64,000 bases of DNA from the human T2T-CHM13v2.0 reference genome, Homo sapiens (GCF_009914755.1 NC_060942.1), one strand, 5' to 3'. Shown: positions 11,081 to 24,571, counted from the stretch's first letter. Numbers and translations: made by a program. Notes: a model not told the origin generated them from the letters alone.

Positions 11081-12824
11081 CTATGTGCATGCGCCATCCA
11101 GGAACTGGGATGATAACTCTTGGACGAAATAGGAACTGTTGAGAAGCAGCAGGAAGTGGGTCACCTTAAACACAGAAGAAACCAAAGGAAAGATTTGTTT
11201 AAAATGAACTGGAACTTGAGGCTAGGAAGTTCCTGGATACCTAGACAGCTGGAAGAGGAGCATGAACCAGGAGGCCAGAAGAGACTTCACTCCAATCTGG
11301 TGCCCTCACTATGGCACAACTCATCCAAAGAGAAAAGCTCCATGAAAACATGTTGAGCAAAATTATTCGTTCTCATTTCTTAACGTAGCTTTCTGATTTA
11401 ATAGTAAAAAAATGCTTGTTTTGGTTTAAATTTCTCTAGTTTTTAGATACCATTTTCTCTCCCAAACTAGGTCATTTGAATTATCTGCTGATAGTTCAAA
11501 TCTGTAGATAATTTGCTTTTACTCACATTCCTAAGAACTAATTACCTGTACATATAAAATGATGAAATCTCATTATATTTTCTTTTAAAACTCTGACATG
11601 CATTTAATTACATTAGTCAATTATTACTGTACATGCTGAGGATTTGCTATTGACCAGCTCGTGCTGGAATATTTACTGCACAGATGTGTTACTTTAATTA
11701 AACAAATGTGATTACACACATATCAATTTTTATTTGGTTTCAAAGCCCAGAATCTAAAAGTGACGCAGTTGGCAGAGCTGTGTGGTGCGGTGCTGGTTCC
11801 CAGGAACACAGCAAGAGGCACTTTACTGAGGGAACGCTGCGTGCCTGCAACTCTGCGTGGGAGACTTCAGCCACAAGTGGGTTTTTGTCTGTGTGTAAGT
11901 GCCATTGAGTGAACCCAAGAAGGGAACAAACAAACCAGCCCTGAATCTTTCTAGCACATGTTCAGCTTTGCTCTCTTATATATAGGAAATGAGGGACAGT
12001 GCTTGGAGAACCTGCAGGAAAACTAATCTAAAAGCCAGTCCATTTGAGAGTGGGAGTTGCTTGGAACTGGTGCTTGGTTAAATAGGCCAGCTGGTATTTC
12101 TCTTTAAAATCAGGGATGAAGTTGGATGACATTAGAACATTGAACTTGGTCTCTTGGGCTTTTCCTGCCATATCCTACAGCAACTCCCTAAGCCATGAGG
12201 TTGGCATCAAGAAAGGAGACCATCTCTCAGTGCCTTGTCTGAAGCAAGCAGTCCTGAGGAACAATATGAAGACTGAGATGGAAAATCTAAATGTGCTTTA
12301 CAAACTAGAGAAATGTAAAATTCTCTATAACTCTTGATAAAATGATTCCACATACCAGGCACAGAGTAAATAGTCTTGGTTATTAATAAAGGCAGTAAGT
12401 CAACTCATTAATCAACAAACACTGAGCACTGTATGAACTGATTTCTGGTGGGCACAAACAGAAAGACAAGAGTTTGTGCACATGAATGCAGACTAGTTGT
12501 TTTCCTTGGCCTTGGACACAAAGGATTGCTGTGTTGGTTGTCAAGGGCGTCTCTGTCTGGGATGCATGGCTATGGCACCTGAAGAACCAATCCAATTGGT
12601 CAAGTCAACCAAAAGTTCTGCTTAAATCATCTCCAGTTATTTTGGATATAGGTAGTGTCTCTGAGGATGAGATTGGGAGCCAATGAGATGGGACACACTT
12701 GTGCTCCCAAATTCACCATGAGCATCAAGAGTTCACTGAAATGGTGAAGACCATGTCATCCACTCCAGGCTCAGAAGGAGGTAAAGGAGAGGCAGCAAGT
12801 TGTTGCAAAAAGTGAAGAAAGTGC

Positions 12825-13010
12825 AGGCTCTAGGTAAGACAGAGAAGCACATGAAGAGCAGGTGAAACACCCAGCTCTATGGCTTCAACCTCTTATCGTG
12901 ACAGTGCCATATCTAACAGTGATGATGAAACCCATCTCATAGTGTTGTTACAGGGATTATGAACCATATATGTGTGATGCCCAGAACTTAGTACATTCTC
13001 AGGAAATTGC
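12825..13010 (+). mobile_element. MIR fragment
   Basis: cccagctctatggcttc...atctcatagtgttgttacagggattatgaa...gcccagaacttagtacattctca. Confidence 0.5.
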
Positions 13011-13744
13011 TGTTGGAGATGATGAGGATAATAGGGTTGGTGTGGAGCAGCTTGGAATGATTAATTTTTGGAAAAAAAGGTTGTTTTCATTCACTTTGCC
13101 TATGCCATTCTTCCTTTCAGCATTTGGCACAGCACTGACCCATTCCCATTCTCACCTCAAGATAAAAGCCTACATAGGTACCTTTGCAGAGTTTTAAGAG
13201 AAGGAAAGTTATCTGGTCCAGCTCCCTTGAAATGAATTGCATAACTCTTTCAGCTATGTAGTGGCAGAATTAGGAAACAAACCCGAGTCTCTTACTTTGA
13301 GTTAAATGCTCCTTACATTGCATTTCTTTATGGGATGAATATTATACATCACCTACAGAGATATGCATTTAAAAAGAGAAATATGCAGAGGGCAATAATT
13401 AACCCAAACTAGTAGTGGGATTTCAGACATTTTTGTTTTATCAAGTGAGACACTGTTGGGATATTGCTGGCATATACACCTTCCTGGTAGCTCTTGGAAG
13501 GGGCCAGCATTTTCCTATGAATTAGACTTGAGGTTTCCAACACATATGGGTTGAAATACTGATCCCCTCAACCAAGTGGAGTTTGGGACAGCCTTCTTCA
13601 GGTTCCATATTCTCTCTTCTTCACCCTGAGTACCCTATACAAATATGATCATTTTCTATGAGTGTCGTGAAGCTATAAAGTTTGGGAAGTATCAGCTTGG
13701 CTGGACTAGCTGGTCCATAAGACCAGACTTTGCCTGTGAAGAGC

Positions 13745-13880
13745 TAAACCATCAGCATATAAAATTTTTTGAGCTTCAGTTTCCCTATCAATGAAATTGA
13801 TATAATTCTTATCTGGCAGTTTTGCTGTAAAGATTCATTGAGACAGTCCAGTATAGTGTCTAAAATATCATAGATGCCTA
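13745..13880 (+). mobile_element. MIR fragment
   Basis: gagcttcagtttccctatcaatgaaattgatataat...ttgctgtaaagattcattgaga. Confidence 0.55.
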
Positions 13881-14619
13881 AACTCACTGTGAGTTGAAGG
13901 TACCACTATCTTTTTTGGTTTGTAATTTTATTTGTTAAAATAGAGAACACAAAGAACTTCTGGCTTTCCACTACCGTCACAGCTTGGTAGGTGGAATTGG
14001 AGATAGCTTGGCTGTTTGAGCTTTGAGCTTTGGCTGTGACCTGTTTCTGCCTTACTTCGAGTTCCATTCAATCCACCAGCAAAGATCTGGTCTGATGTGG
14101 TCACTATGGCTTAAGGTAGCAAAACTGGAGCTAGGCTCTGCTGTCCTCACTTCCTCAAAAGCACCCAGGGCTCAGCTCAGGCCTATCTCTGCACCCCAAC
14201 CCCACCCCACTCCCCAGCTGCTGATCTCATTCTTTTGCCAGGGCCAATTATAATTAAAACCAGATTTGTAGGGAGAAACATGCGTGCACACACAGCCAAA
14301 GCCTGGAATTGCTTACCCGAAAACAAGTTCCCTCCTCCTTCTGCTCCAGTTCTTCAGCCTTACCAAGAGTAGGGGAGGGAAGTGGAGAGAAGAAATAGGA
14401 TTTGCACTGGGCGTGCTGAGGCAAGGTGATCCTGGGCAAGTGACAGGCAAGCAGTCATCCTCCACCTCGCTAGTTTTTGGACTAGCTCAGGGCAGCAGCC
14501 TCAGGTTGCCCAGTGGAGTCCAGCCCAACAGCAGCACTTGGCCTTCCCTCCCTTGGGGTGGGTCACTGTGGGTTGAGCCCAGCACCGTGGGGGCCAGGGC
14601 TGGGCTGCTTGCCCACTGT

Positions 14620-14810
14620 ACCTCATTATGTATTCCTTCATTGTTTCCTATGCAAATTAAGTTAATGAGAATTAGGAACATAATGGAGCCCATTCACCGT
14701 TCTAGTCGCTGGAAAATGGGTTTGACTACCAATTTTCCATTACAGCTGTTTTGTAATTACCGTGGAATACTCTGAATTCTAATGGAGACACTGAGCTGCC
14801 TGACAGCCTC
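14620..14810. promoter_or_regulatory. Candidate enhancer: SOX + octamer + homeodomain motif cluster
   Basis: CATTGTT 14639-14645, ATGCAAAT 14650-14657, then TTAATG, AATTAG, TAATGG, TAATTA in apparently non-repetitive sequence. Confidence 0.45.
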
Positions 14811-15213
14811 TTGACTACTTTTTTTTTTTCCTGGAAGGTTGAAAAAAGGAAACTCAAACCCTATAACATAAAAGCCTTTCTATCAGAGTGCCTCGGTTTG
14901 CTTCTCCTATGGAGATGTCCTCCACTCTTGCAGGAAAAGTCTGCTTCCATCACTGGGGTCCCGACCTTTGCTGTGATTAGACTAGTTAACCTTTTTGCCA
15001 GAGTTATCCCTTGCCTTGCAAGCAAGCAAAATGGAATTTGGGGCTACACTCAGCCAGGAGTGGCCTTCTGAAGCAGGCCAGGGCAGTCCAGGGTCCAGGT
15101 GTACCACTGCTCCTGGATCACCTGCTACCCAGCCTGCCTCTCCCACCTAGGACTCCAACCAAACACCTCCTCACTCACCTGTTGCTGTTTGGGACACTTA
15201 AGAGTATAGGGGT

Positions 15214-15558
15214 TATCTTAGTCCATTTGGGCTTCAGTGTACTGTAGACTGAGTAGCTTATAAACAACAGGAATTTATTTCTCAAAGTTCTGGAGGCTGG
15301 GAAGTCCAAGATCAAGGTGCCTGCAGACTCAGTGTTCTGTGAGGGCCCGCGTCCTGGTTCATAGCTAGCTGTCCTCTTACTGTAACCTCACATGGCTGAA
15401 GGGGTGAGAGATCCCTCTGGGCCTTCTTTTATAAGGGCACTAATCCCATTTCTAAGTCACTTAATCACCTCCCAAAGGCCTCACCTCCAAATGCCATCAC
15501 ATTGGGAATAGAGTTTCAACACATACATTGGGAGAGATGCAAATATTTAGTTATAGCA
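15214..15558 (-). mobile_element. MLT1A 3' LTR of a two-LTR MaLR provirus
   Basis: tcttagtccatttggg...aaacaacaggaatttatttctc...ttctggaggctgggaagtccaagatcaaggtgcc...atagca. Confidence 0.85.
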
Positions 15559-17105
15559 TTTCACTCTGGCCCCTCAAAATTAATGTACTTCTCACATGTT
15601 GTCAATTCAAAAGCCCAAAGTCTAAACTATCTTCTAAATATCATCTAATTCAGATATGGGTGAGACTCAAGATATGAGTCATCCTGAGGCAAATTCCTCT
15701 CTAGCTGTGAATTTGTGAAATCAAACATGTCCTGTGCTTCCAAGATACAATGGAGGGACAGACATAGGATAGACAATCCTCTTCCAAAAGGGAGAAATAG
15801 GAAAGAAGAAAGTAGGAAGAGGTCCTGAGCAAGTCTAAAACCCAACAGGCAAATTACATTATGCCTTAAGTCTCCTTGGCTTGATGCTTTGCTCTCTAGG
15901 CATACGGTGGTGGGGGTTCTGTCTTCTAGACCGACTGAGACAGCAGTTCTGCCTCTGCAGCTTTGTTGGACATGGGTTGAGCCCCCAAGGCTCTGGGTAG
16001 CCCTGTTGTCTCAGCTTGGGGCACAGCCTCTGCCACAGCTCTCATGGGATGGAGTTGTGTGCCTGATGCTCTTCCAGGCTGCGATTGTATGCTGGAGGCT
16101 CTACAGGTGTAGGGTCTCTAGGGGGACTCACCCCCACAGTTCTGCTGGGCATTGCCCTAATGGGGTATATTTGTGGTGGTCCCAAACTTCTCAGTGGCCC
16201 TCTGCCTGGGTTCCATGCCAGCAGCTCCAGTCAGCTCATCCTTTGGAATCTAGGTGGAGGTAACCACATCCCCAAAGCTTTGCTGGATACAGGGTAACCC
16301 CCACTAGGGCCCACTGAAGCCACAATTTGGGGTGGCTGAATTGCTTGGAGTTGCAGTGTGGGGAGTGAAGCCAGTGATGTGAGGCAGTGTTGGGCAATGC
16401 AGGTGGATACTCCTCTGCATTTTTTTTTGTAGCTTCTTTTGAGATGACTGACTAATCTCTATTGGACAGTTATTTGGCCACACCCTTAGTATTCTTTCCT
16501 GAGTAGTCTTTCTCATTATTTTCAATGCAGATATTCTGAAAATGTTCCAATTCTTTAGGTTCAGTTTCCATATTGATTAATAATTCTGTTTGTAAGTCAT
16601 TTCTTTCTTTTCACATTTTACTCTAAGCAGTCAAAAGGAACTAGGCCACTCCTTCAATACTTTTAAAGATATTTCCTCCACCAAATTTCCAGTTCTGTTG
16701 CTTGCATGTTCTATCTTCCACCAAACACTAAGACATGAACACAATCCAGCCAAGTTCTGTGCCACTTTATAATAAGGATGGTCTTTCCTTTATTGTCCAA
16801 TAAGTTCCTCATTTCTGATGAGGTCTGAGACCTTATCAGAATGGCCTTTACCAGCCATATTTCTACCATCATTCAGTTCAGAATTACTTAGATATTCTCT
16901 AAGAAGATTGAGGCTTTCTCTACAGATCTCTTTTCTTTCTGAGCTCTCACTAGAATTGCCCTTAAAGATCTGTTACAACAATGTTGGCTTTTTCTGGCAT
17001 GTGTCCCAGAACTCTCCAGCCTCTGCCCATTGCCCAGTTCCAAAGCTGCTTCCATATTTTTAGGTATTTGGTATAGCAGTACCTCACTTCTGAGTATCAA
17101 TTTTC
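15559..17105 (-). mobile_element. MLT1A internal region (MaLR-int)
   Basis: Minus strand begins gaaaattgatactcagaagtgagg (MaLR internal start); ORF 16888-17100 gives IPKNMEAALELGNGQRLE, typical of the MaLR ORF remnant. Confidence 0.85.
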
Positions 17106-17442
17106 TGTCTTAGATCATTCAGGCTGCTATAGCAAAGTACCATAGATTGGATGGTTTATAAGCATCAGAAATGTGTTTCTCACAGTTCTGGAGGCTGAAA
17201 GACAATGACTGAGGTGTCAACAGATTTTGTGTCTCATGAGGGCCTGCTTCCTGGTTCATAGATGGCCACCTCTTCTGTCATGTCCTCACATGGTGGAAGG
17301 AGTAAGGGATCTCTCTGGGGCCTTTTATATAAGGGTACTAGTCCTATTCATGAGGTCCTCTGCCTTCATGACCTAATCACTGCCCAAAGCCCCTACCTTC
17401 AAATACTCTCACATTTGAGATTAGATTTCCACATACAAATTT
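17106..17442 (-). mobile_element. MLT1A 5' LTR
   Basis: Second copy of the 15214-15558 LTR in the same orientation: tgtcttagatcattcaggctgctatagcaaagtaccatag...gacctaatcac. Confidence 0.85.
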
Positions 17443-17485
17443 AGTCTTTGCTATAATAATCCCCTCTTTTGTTTTATTTTACCAC

Positions 17486-18287
<802 letters not shown>

Positions 18288-18809
18288 GCACCAAAGACTG
18301 TAGGAGGAAGGACACATTAAGAGTTTATACAGTTCAAAATTTTCCAAGAGTCCGATGTGGCTGGATTGTAGGATGCAAGAGAGTGAGGGTGGGGTTGACA
18401 GCAGGGAGCACTGAAGGAAGGGCATAAAGAGCCAAGATTTTATTCTTAAGGCTTCTTAATCAGGGGAGAAACATGATGAGAGTTTTAGTTTAGAAAGACA
18501 TTCTGGCTACAGTGTGGAGAAGGGATTTGGCCATAGGTACAGAGGGGTGGGGTTGTTTTGGTTATGGTTCACATAAAACCCAGGTAGGGGGCCATGACAG
18601 TTATACACTGATCCTTATTGATGGGGAAACCATGAAGGCTTGAACTAAAGAGGTAACAGCTGGGATGGAGAAATATGAATGGATTAGGAAGATGTTTAGG
18701 AGGTAGAACCAATGAGTTTGGTGATCAATTGGATACGTGTGGATTGCAGGGCAGTAGGGGATTTCAAGGGTTATTCCTTGGATTATTGAGTGATGTAATT
18801 CATCATATA

Positions 18810-19045
18810 GTAACAATATTGACAGCTAAAATTTATGGAGAGTATAATATGTGCCAGGCACTTCTGTTTTACATATAGAGCTCATTTTATCTTTACAATA
18901 ACCTAATGAGGTAAGAACTATTAACCTCAATCACACGTGAAGAAGTTGCAACATAGGGAGGTGAAAACAGATACTTGTTCAAGGTTTCAAAGTCAGGAAA
19001 TGTTAGAGTCAGGGCTCAAATCCAGGTGGTCTGGTCTCATAGACC
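18810..19045 (-). mobile_element. MIR SINE
   Basis: agctaaaatttatggagagtataatatgtgccaggcac...acaataacctaatgaggtaag...cagggctcaaatccaggt. Confidence 0.7.
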
Positions 19046-19077
19046 AGGTGTGTTGGAAAAGGTATTTTCTCTGGGAT

Positions 19078-19129
19078 ATGTGTGTGTGTTTGTGTGTGTG
19101 TGAGAAAGAGAGAGAGAAAGAGAGAGAGA
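19078..19129. repeat. (TG)n(GA)n compound microsatellite
   Basis: Seen directly. Confidence 0.9.
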
Positions 19130-19689
19130 ATGAATGAGTTCTGATGTGAGTTGCTACCTTTGCAACACCATAGTGTAGATTTCCAGGGGGAGGTTGGGTA
19201 GATAAGCTGTAGTTTAGGGGGAAGGGCTGGGATTGAAATACAGTGAGTAATGTGTCCATGTCAAGACATAGGATTATACAAAATTTCCTGGAAGAGGTGA
19301 GTGAGGAGCCCTGGCCAATACCAGTGTTTTTGTGATACACTTAAGGAAAAGACTATAGAAGGCACTGAGTGAGAATATCACAAGAGTAGGGTGAAGGTTA
19401 GGTCAGTGAAAAATGTCTCTACCTTCCTTGGGCCCTACCTCAGGCCCTCTGGCTCTTGGGCTAGGTGTGTGTTTTCAGCTGCACAATGGTGCAGCCAGCT
19501 TCTGCAGAATAGTCTTATTATCAAGGTCAGAGGCCTGGAATTTGAGGAAGTATGTGGTTGAGCTTCAAGTCCCTGAAATTTAGAAAAACAAGTAAGGATG
19601 CGTTTTAGATTGGTTACTCATAAATTAGAACCAGAAACAAATAGTTTATTATGAGGTGATTCAGGAAGCTCCAGGAAGGGAGTGGTCTC

Positions 19690-20239
19690 ATCTATATTCC
19701 ATGTTTTCCTGACTGCTCAGAAGTCATTTCTTAGTTTCAGCATTTTTTGCCACCTGGAGAGGCTGAGAAGTTTTAAAACCATCAAGTCCTGCTTTCTTTT
19801 TATTTAACAGTTCTTCCCTCAATTTACCTCTTTTCTCTCACATTTCACTATTAGCAGCAAGATGCTGCTGGCAGTGCCTTCAACACTTTGTTTGGAAATC
19901 ACTTTAGCTGGATAACCAGGTTTACCCCTTACAAGCTTTGCTTTCCCCTTAAAGTAGATGACAATTTTGCTGATATTTCTGCCACTATGTAATAAAGACC
20001 CCTCTTTGTTCCAGGTTCTAGTAATATGTTCCTTCCTTGCTTATGAGCTCTTACTGACAGGCTTCTTGTTTCTATATTTCTGCTAACAGCCTATTCAGGG
20101 CAATTTAAACTTTCTCTATTATGCTCCTCAAAATTCTTCTAATCTCTACCCACTGCCTGGGTAGAGTGCTGGTCTGAAGGCCACTGCCACATTTTTAGGT
20201 GTTTGTTGAAGTAGCATCCCACTTCTGATACCAAATTCT
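19690..20239 (-). mobile_element. MaLR/ERVL-type internal region, 5' part
   Basis: Similar to 16500-17105 (cacatttcactattagcagcaa...ccttcaacactt...gccactatgtaataa...cacatttttaggtgtttg...cccacttctgataccaaattc). Confidence 0.7.
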
Positions 20240-20862
20240 TTATTAGTCAGAGTTCAGCTACAGAAGAAAAACCAGTAAGAGATATATTCATGTGTATATA
20301 TATATATGTGTGTGTGTGTATTTATATATATATATGTATATATGTAAGGATTTGTTACTGGGCTACACAATTGTGGGAACAGGTTAAGCAGTCTCTGTAA
20401 GGCTGTCAACTCATCTAATGCCAGAGACTGAGGTCCAAAAGCAGGTAGTTGGGGAAGAAAAGTCATGAGCAGGCTGCAACCCATAAGCACAAGCTGAGAC
20501 TTCGTGAGCACAGGCTGTTGTGTTCATACTTGTTGCCTCTGACCTTTGTAACAACAAGCATCTTGAGCCCTCCATCATGGAGCTAAACAAACACAGCTAG
20601 AGGAGCCAGTGGAACTAAGGAGTACCAAGGGAAGGGAGAGAACTTGCTCCATGCCATTGAAGTAAATAAACAGTTAAGCAATAATATGTGTGAGCTACAA
20701 AATGGCTACTGCTTCATTTCTGCCTCCCTATTCTCCAAATTCTCCGAAGAATTTCATTTGTGGCCCCACAATTAGAAACATACAATAAAGAAACACACAA
20801 TAAAGAACATTATGAAAAATGTAGTTCATCCTACCAAATCAAAACATAACGAAGCCATCAGA
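20240..20862 (-). mobile_element. ERVL-class LTR (LTR41/LTR52-like) with internal (TA/TG)n tract
   Basis: ttattagtcagagttcagctacagaagaaaaaccagtaagagatata...aaatgtagttcatcctaccaaat...aagccatca; directly abuts the internal region. Confidence 0.55.
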
Positions 20863-20881
20863 CATATGCTCCAGTTACACC

Positions 20882-20939
20882 AACTGCACTTTCCTTATCA
20901 TACTTTGTATAACTGCACTTTCTTTATCATACTTTGTAT
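20882..20939. repeat. 29-bp tandem duplication
   Basis: aactgcactttcYttatcatactttgtat x2, one mismatch. Confidence 0.9.
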
Positions 20940-21049
20940 AGCCGTACTCTTTTCCTGGACTACCTCCCTTCTGCCTCCTATCTCTGCCCCAATCTGTGCC
21001 CGAGCACTAATAGCCAGTCTTCTGTGAGCTAGTCCCAATATGTCTCCAT

Positions 21050-21221
21050 AATAACTGATACTTTCATTACAGCAACAGTCACAAGATATGATTTTTGTTT
21101 ATGTGTCTATCTTCCTCACTGAAGTCTATGCTCCTTAAAGTAATAGCCCGTATTTTCTCTTACATCCCCTGAAGTTAATGCCTAGCAGATAGTAGGTGCT
21201 TAATAAGTTTGGATGAATGAA
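21050..21221 (+). mobile_element. L2 3' end
   Basis: tgtttatgtgtctatcttcctcactgaagtctatgctcctt...gcctagcagatagtaggtgcttaataagtttggatgaatgaa. Confidence 0.7.
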
Positions 21222-22099
21222 GTAAGTCACAATGTCTCTAATCCTTAGTGTGTTTTGCATGAAATGGCCTTGTAACTCACGAGGCCATTGTAACCATGAA
21301 CTGTGATGGCACATGTGCAAGTGCCCAGTTCTTGGTAGGTTATTACAGAAACTCCAGAACTTCCTGCTTGAGCCTGGCCCTATGTTGTGGCAGATGGCCC
21401 CTGGAGGCCCCTCCACCTTCAATACTGTGCCCTGACAATGTCTTCATTCTGGAACCACCTAGGTCACAGAGATGGCAAAATCTTTAAGAGTGCTATATAT
21501 TTTTCAAATTCAAGAAAGAGATACACTGGTGAAATTCTCTCTTTGAGGAAAGAGATACATTCCTTGCACACACGGATTCCCCAGTCCGCTGGAGATAAAA
21601 TGATCCTGACCTTGGGGGAACCACGGTCATAGGGATATGCTGTCTGTGTGCCTGAAGAGTTTGTGTGTCACTTAATCTAGATCACGCTCAGGGTAGTCAG
21701 CAGGTCAGGCTCAGATCCAGATAAGCAGGATGTTGTCTGGCTTTCTGTCGTTTGTTTATTCAACACATTTATTGTGGACCCACAGTTTTCCTAGTGCTGT
21801 ATTAATTGTTGAGAATACAGAGGAGTTAATACATGTAAAATGTTTAGAGTAGTGCTTGCTGCTTATAAACCCAGTAAATATTTACTATCCTTCTTATTAG
21901 GTAATACATACAGTTCTCAGTTTCTGCTTTATCTTTGTAGATATGCAGGTGTTATCTCTTCTCTCTCTTTCTGTCTCTGAGCACTTGGTTGGTTTCCATG
22001 AAGTATCATTTGAACTGATCATCCAGCAGATGCCTGAGAAATTGTTATAATTTATTTTGTACTTATGTGCCAGGAACTGTGCTACATAAATTTTACAAG

Positions 22100-22390
22100 A
22101 GTCAAGATTTGTTTCAGCTGCATTTAACAGAAAAACACATTTGGTTTCTTTCAGTCTTCTAAAGGATGCCTAGAGGTAGTAGCCAGGGCTAGTATGGTGG
22201 TTCTACTATGCCATAGTTTCATTACATACAATGCCAAGACTTTTTCTGTTTTTTTGTTTCACTAGATGCAAGGAAGACTGGGAAATGCAGTATACAGCTG
22301 GAGACATCATTGCCCTAAATAAAAATAGGACTCTTACCAAGAAGGGAGAGGAGAATGGATATTGGGTGGCATCACAGTCTCTCACACCTG
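22100..22390 (-). mobile_element. Old MLT1 (K/L-type) LTR
   Basis: gatgcaaggaagactgggaaatgcagtatacagctggagacatcattgccctaaataaaaataggactctta...gaatggatattgggtggc. Confidence 0.6.
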
Positions 22391-23399
22391 AGCATCTGAT
22401 TCTGTCAGAAGTTAAATGATGACCTCTCCTGTGGATCCCTGGGTTCTTATGAAGCATGAGTATAATACAAGATGTCAACAGGTATTGCAAAGGTAAAATC
22501 CTTGCTAAAAAATGGCTTAGTGGAGAGGATGGGTCATTCTCAGACCAGTTATAGGGTGGCTTGCACGTTGGTGTGCTGATTCAGGAATGGATTTAGATGA
22601 TTGACTCGTAGAAATTTCAGGTGTCCAGAGACAAAATATTAGCCAGACCTAATATTTCAGTTTACCTCTGCTCCAGCCATTGAGGGAGAAAATTTCTGCT
22701 CTGCTTCAAAAGGGAGACAGATGTCAGTTTGCAAAGGGAAGAAACAGAGGGCCAGTAGGCACCTCTTGCTAGGACCTAATTCGCACTCAGGGAACATTTG
22801 ATCCACTGGGCTCTGAGGGAAGTTTAATTGAAACGCAAAAACCAAAGGTCAAAACCATGTAAAATTTAAAGGCCATTTTTACTATTTGACAAGGAACAAA
22901 TTGTAACTTTATATTGCTTTTAGATGCAATTTTGTTCAGTGAAATTAGATTATACTCAACTAAAGCACCTTCTTTAGAGCTTTTAGATTAAATATTAGAA
23001 CTTATTAGCAGGACCTTGATTTCGTCAGTAAATACCAAAGAAAATATTTGGTGGGAAATGCAGCTGCCTAATCTGCATTAATACAAATGAGAACTATTAA
23101 GCTTAGCTGATTAGCATATTCATATGTACTGTAGTCCCCATGTATTTAAAATAGATTCTGCTAGATTCTGATTACAAACTCAGTGTATGTATAACGCTGT
23201 GAACCAGAGCCATGGCAATAGCGTGCTACTGACGAAGGGTGAGGAGCCCCAGCAGGAGGTAATTTTTGAGCAGAAAAATCTCAGGGTTGTTTCTATAACC
23301 AGCCTTGTCTCAAAGTCTCTGAGAAGCAGATGAACTGACAGACGGTAACCCAAGACAGAGCCTAGGTTCCTGGGGAACAAGACAGATAGGTCAGAACAA

Positions 23400-23585
23400 A
23401 TATGTGTGTGTGTGTGTGTGTGTTTAATTCATTTATGTTTTCACTTCTTCATTTGCACAGCACATGTTTATTATTTACACATAATAATAAATGTATATTA
23501 TGTATATTGTTTATATGTATATTCTATAATAATACATGTATATTATAGTAATACATATATAGTACAGAAATATATTTTTATGTTT
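23400..23585. repeat. (TG)n plus TA-rich low-complexity tract
   Basis: Seen directly. Confidence 0.7.
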
Positions 23586-24571
23586 ATCTTGAGCCCATGA
23601 TATTGCAGGCACTGGGGTGGTGCTGGTGACTGGTGAGAATAAGGGCCACCCTGAGAACAGGGTTCATCTCCTCAAGGAGCTGGAGGAAGGGAATCCTGGC
23701 TTGCCAAATCTAGGGCTGATTTTTCAAATTCCCGCCTGATTCCCTGACCTAGTCCTTTCATGGCTGGGAGTGTTGCTCCCATGGAAGGTTCTTCTCAATG
23801 TGGAGAGCCAGGGGCAGGGAGTGGGGGGCAGGGAAGAGCTGCCTGGCTGCTCCTGCCCTCATGGAGCCCACAGATGACCATAGGAAGGGCACTTTGTGTT
23901 CCCTGCTCCCCACAAGTGCATTTCTTCTGAGTTTTCTGTTTCCAGTGACACAGCTTGAGGTGACTGTAGTTGATCAGTGAGGGGCTAATGTGCTTGGATG
24001 GGATGATGCAGATTGCTTACAGATAATGTAGCTGTGCCTTTATATTTGAAGGTCAGTGTCCTCTGGGACGACAGCACTCTAAAGAACGTGTTTACTTCCT
24101 TGTACATGTGTCTGTCCAGGTCCCAGAGCATCCAGAGCAGGCCTGTGTTGAGGAAGTACCTTTTGGGATGGTGGGTGACGCTGGGGGTCTGCGGGATGGC
24201 AGGAAGGCAGTAAAGTATTCATTCTTCTGGCGACCCAGTTTATTTTCTCTGCTCTCTTGTGCTGTTGTCTTTCTGGTGCCTAACATGTGGAATTCCAGAA
24301 TTCTGGTGCTGGAAACAATTGTAGACATTATTCTATTCTAAAGACTAAGAAACTGAGGTTCAGGGGAGTCCTGAGACAGGCGGAAGTGATGCAGTCCAAA
24401 CCAAATGCCATGTTTTCTGAACCTCAGACCAGCAGGTGAACTCCTGACAATGATTCCTAACATTTATTTAGTTTCCATTGATCCAAGCTGCCCTCTGCGT
24501 GCATTGTAACTAGATGTAACAGGTTTTTAAGCTTTCAGAACTCCATATTTTGTGACTTTTCTTGAACCTGG

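Larger units (their letters stand above)
18350..19410 (-). mobile_element. L2 fragments interrupted by a MIR and a microsatellite
   Basis: tttagaaagacattctggctacagtgtggaga...aggaggtagaaccaatgagtttggtgatcaattggat. Confidence 0.65.

Noticed and set aside
14284-14775. 163-aa ORF
   Set aside because: Non-ATG start, no recognisable domain or exon structure; it overlaps a probable regulatory motif cluster.
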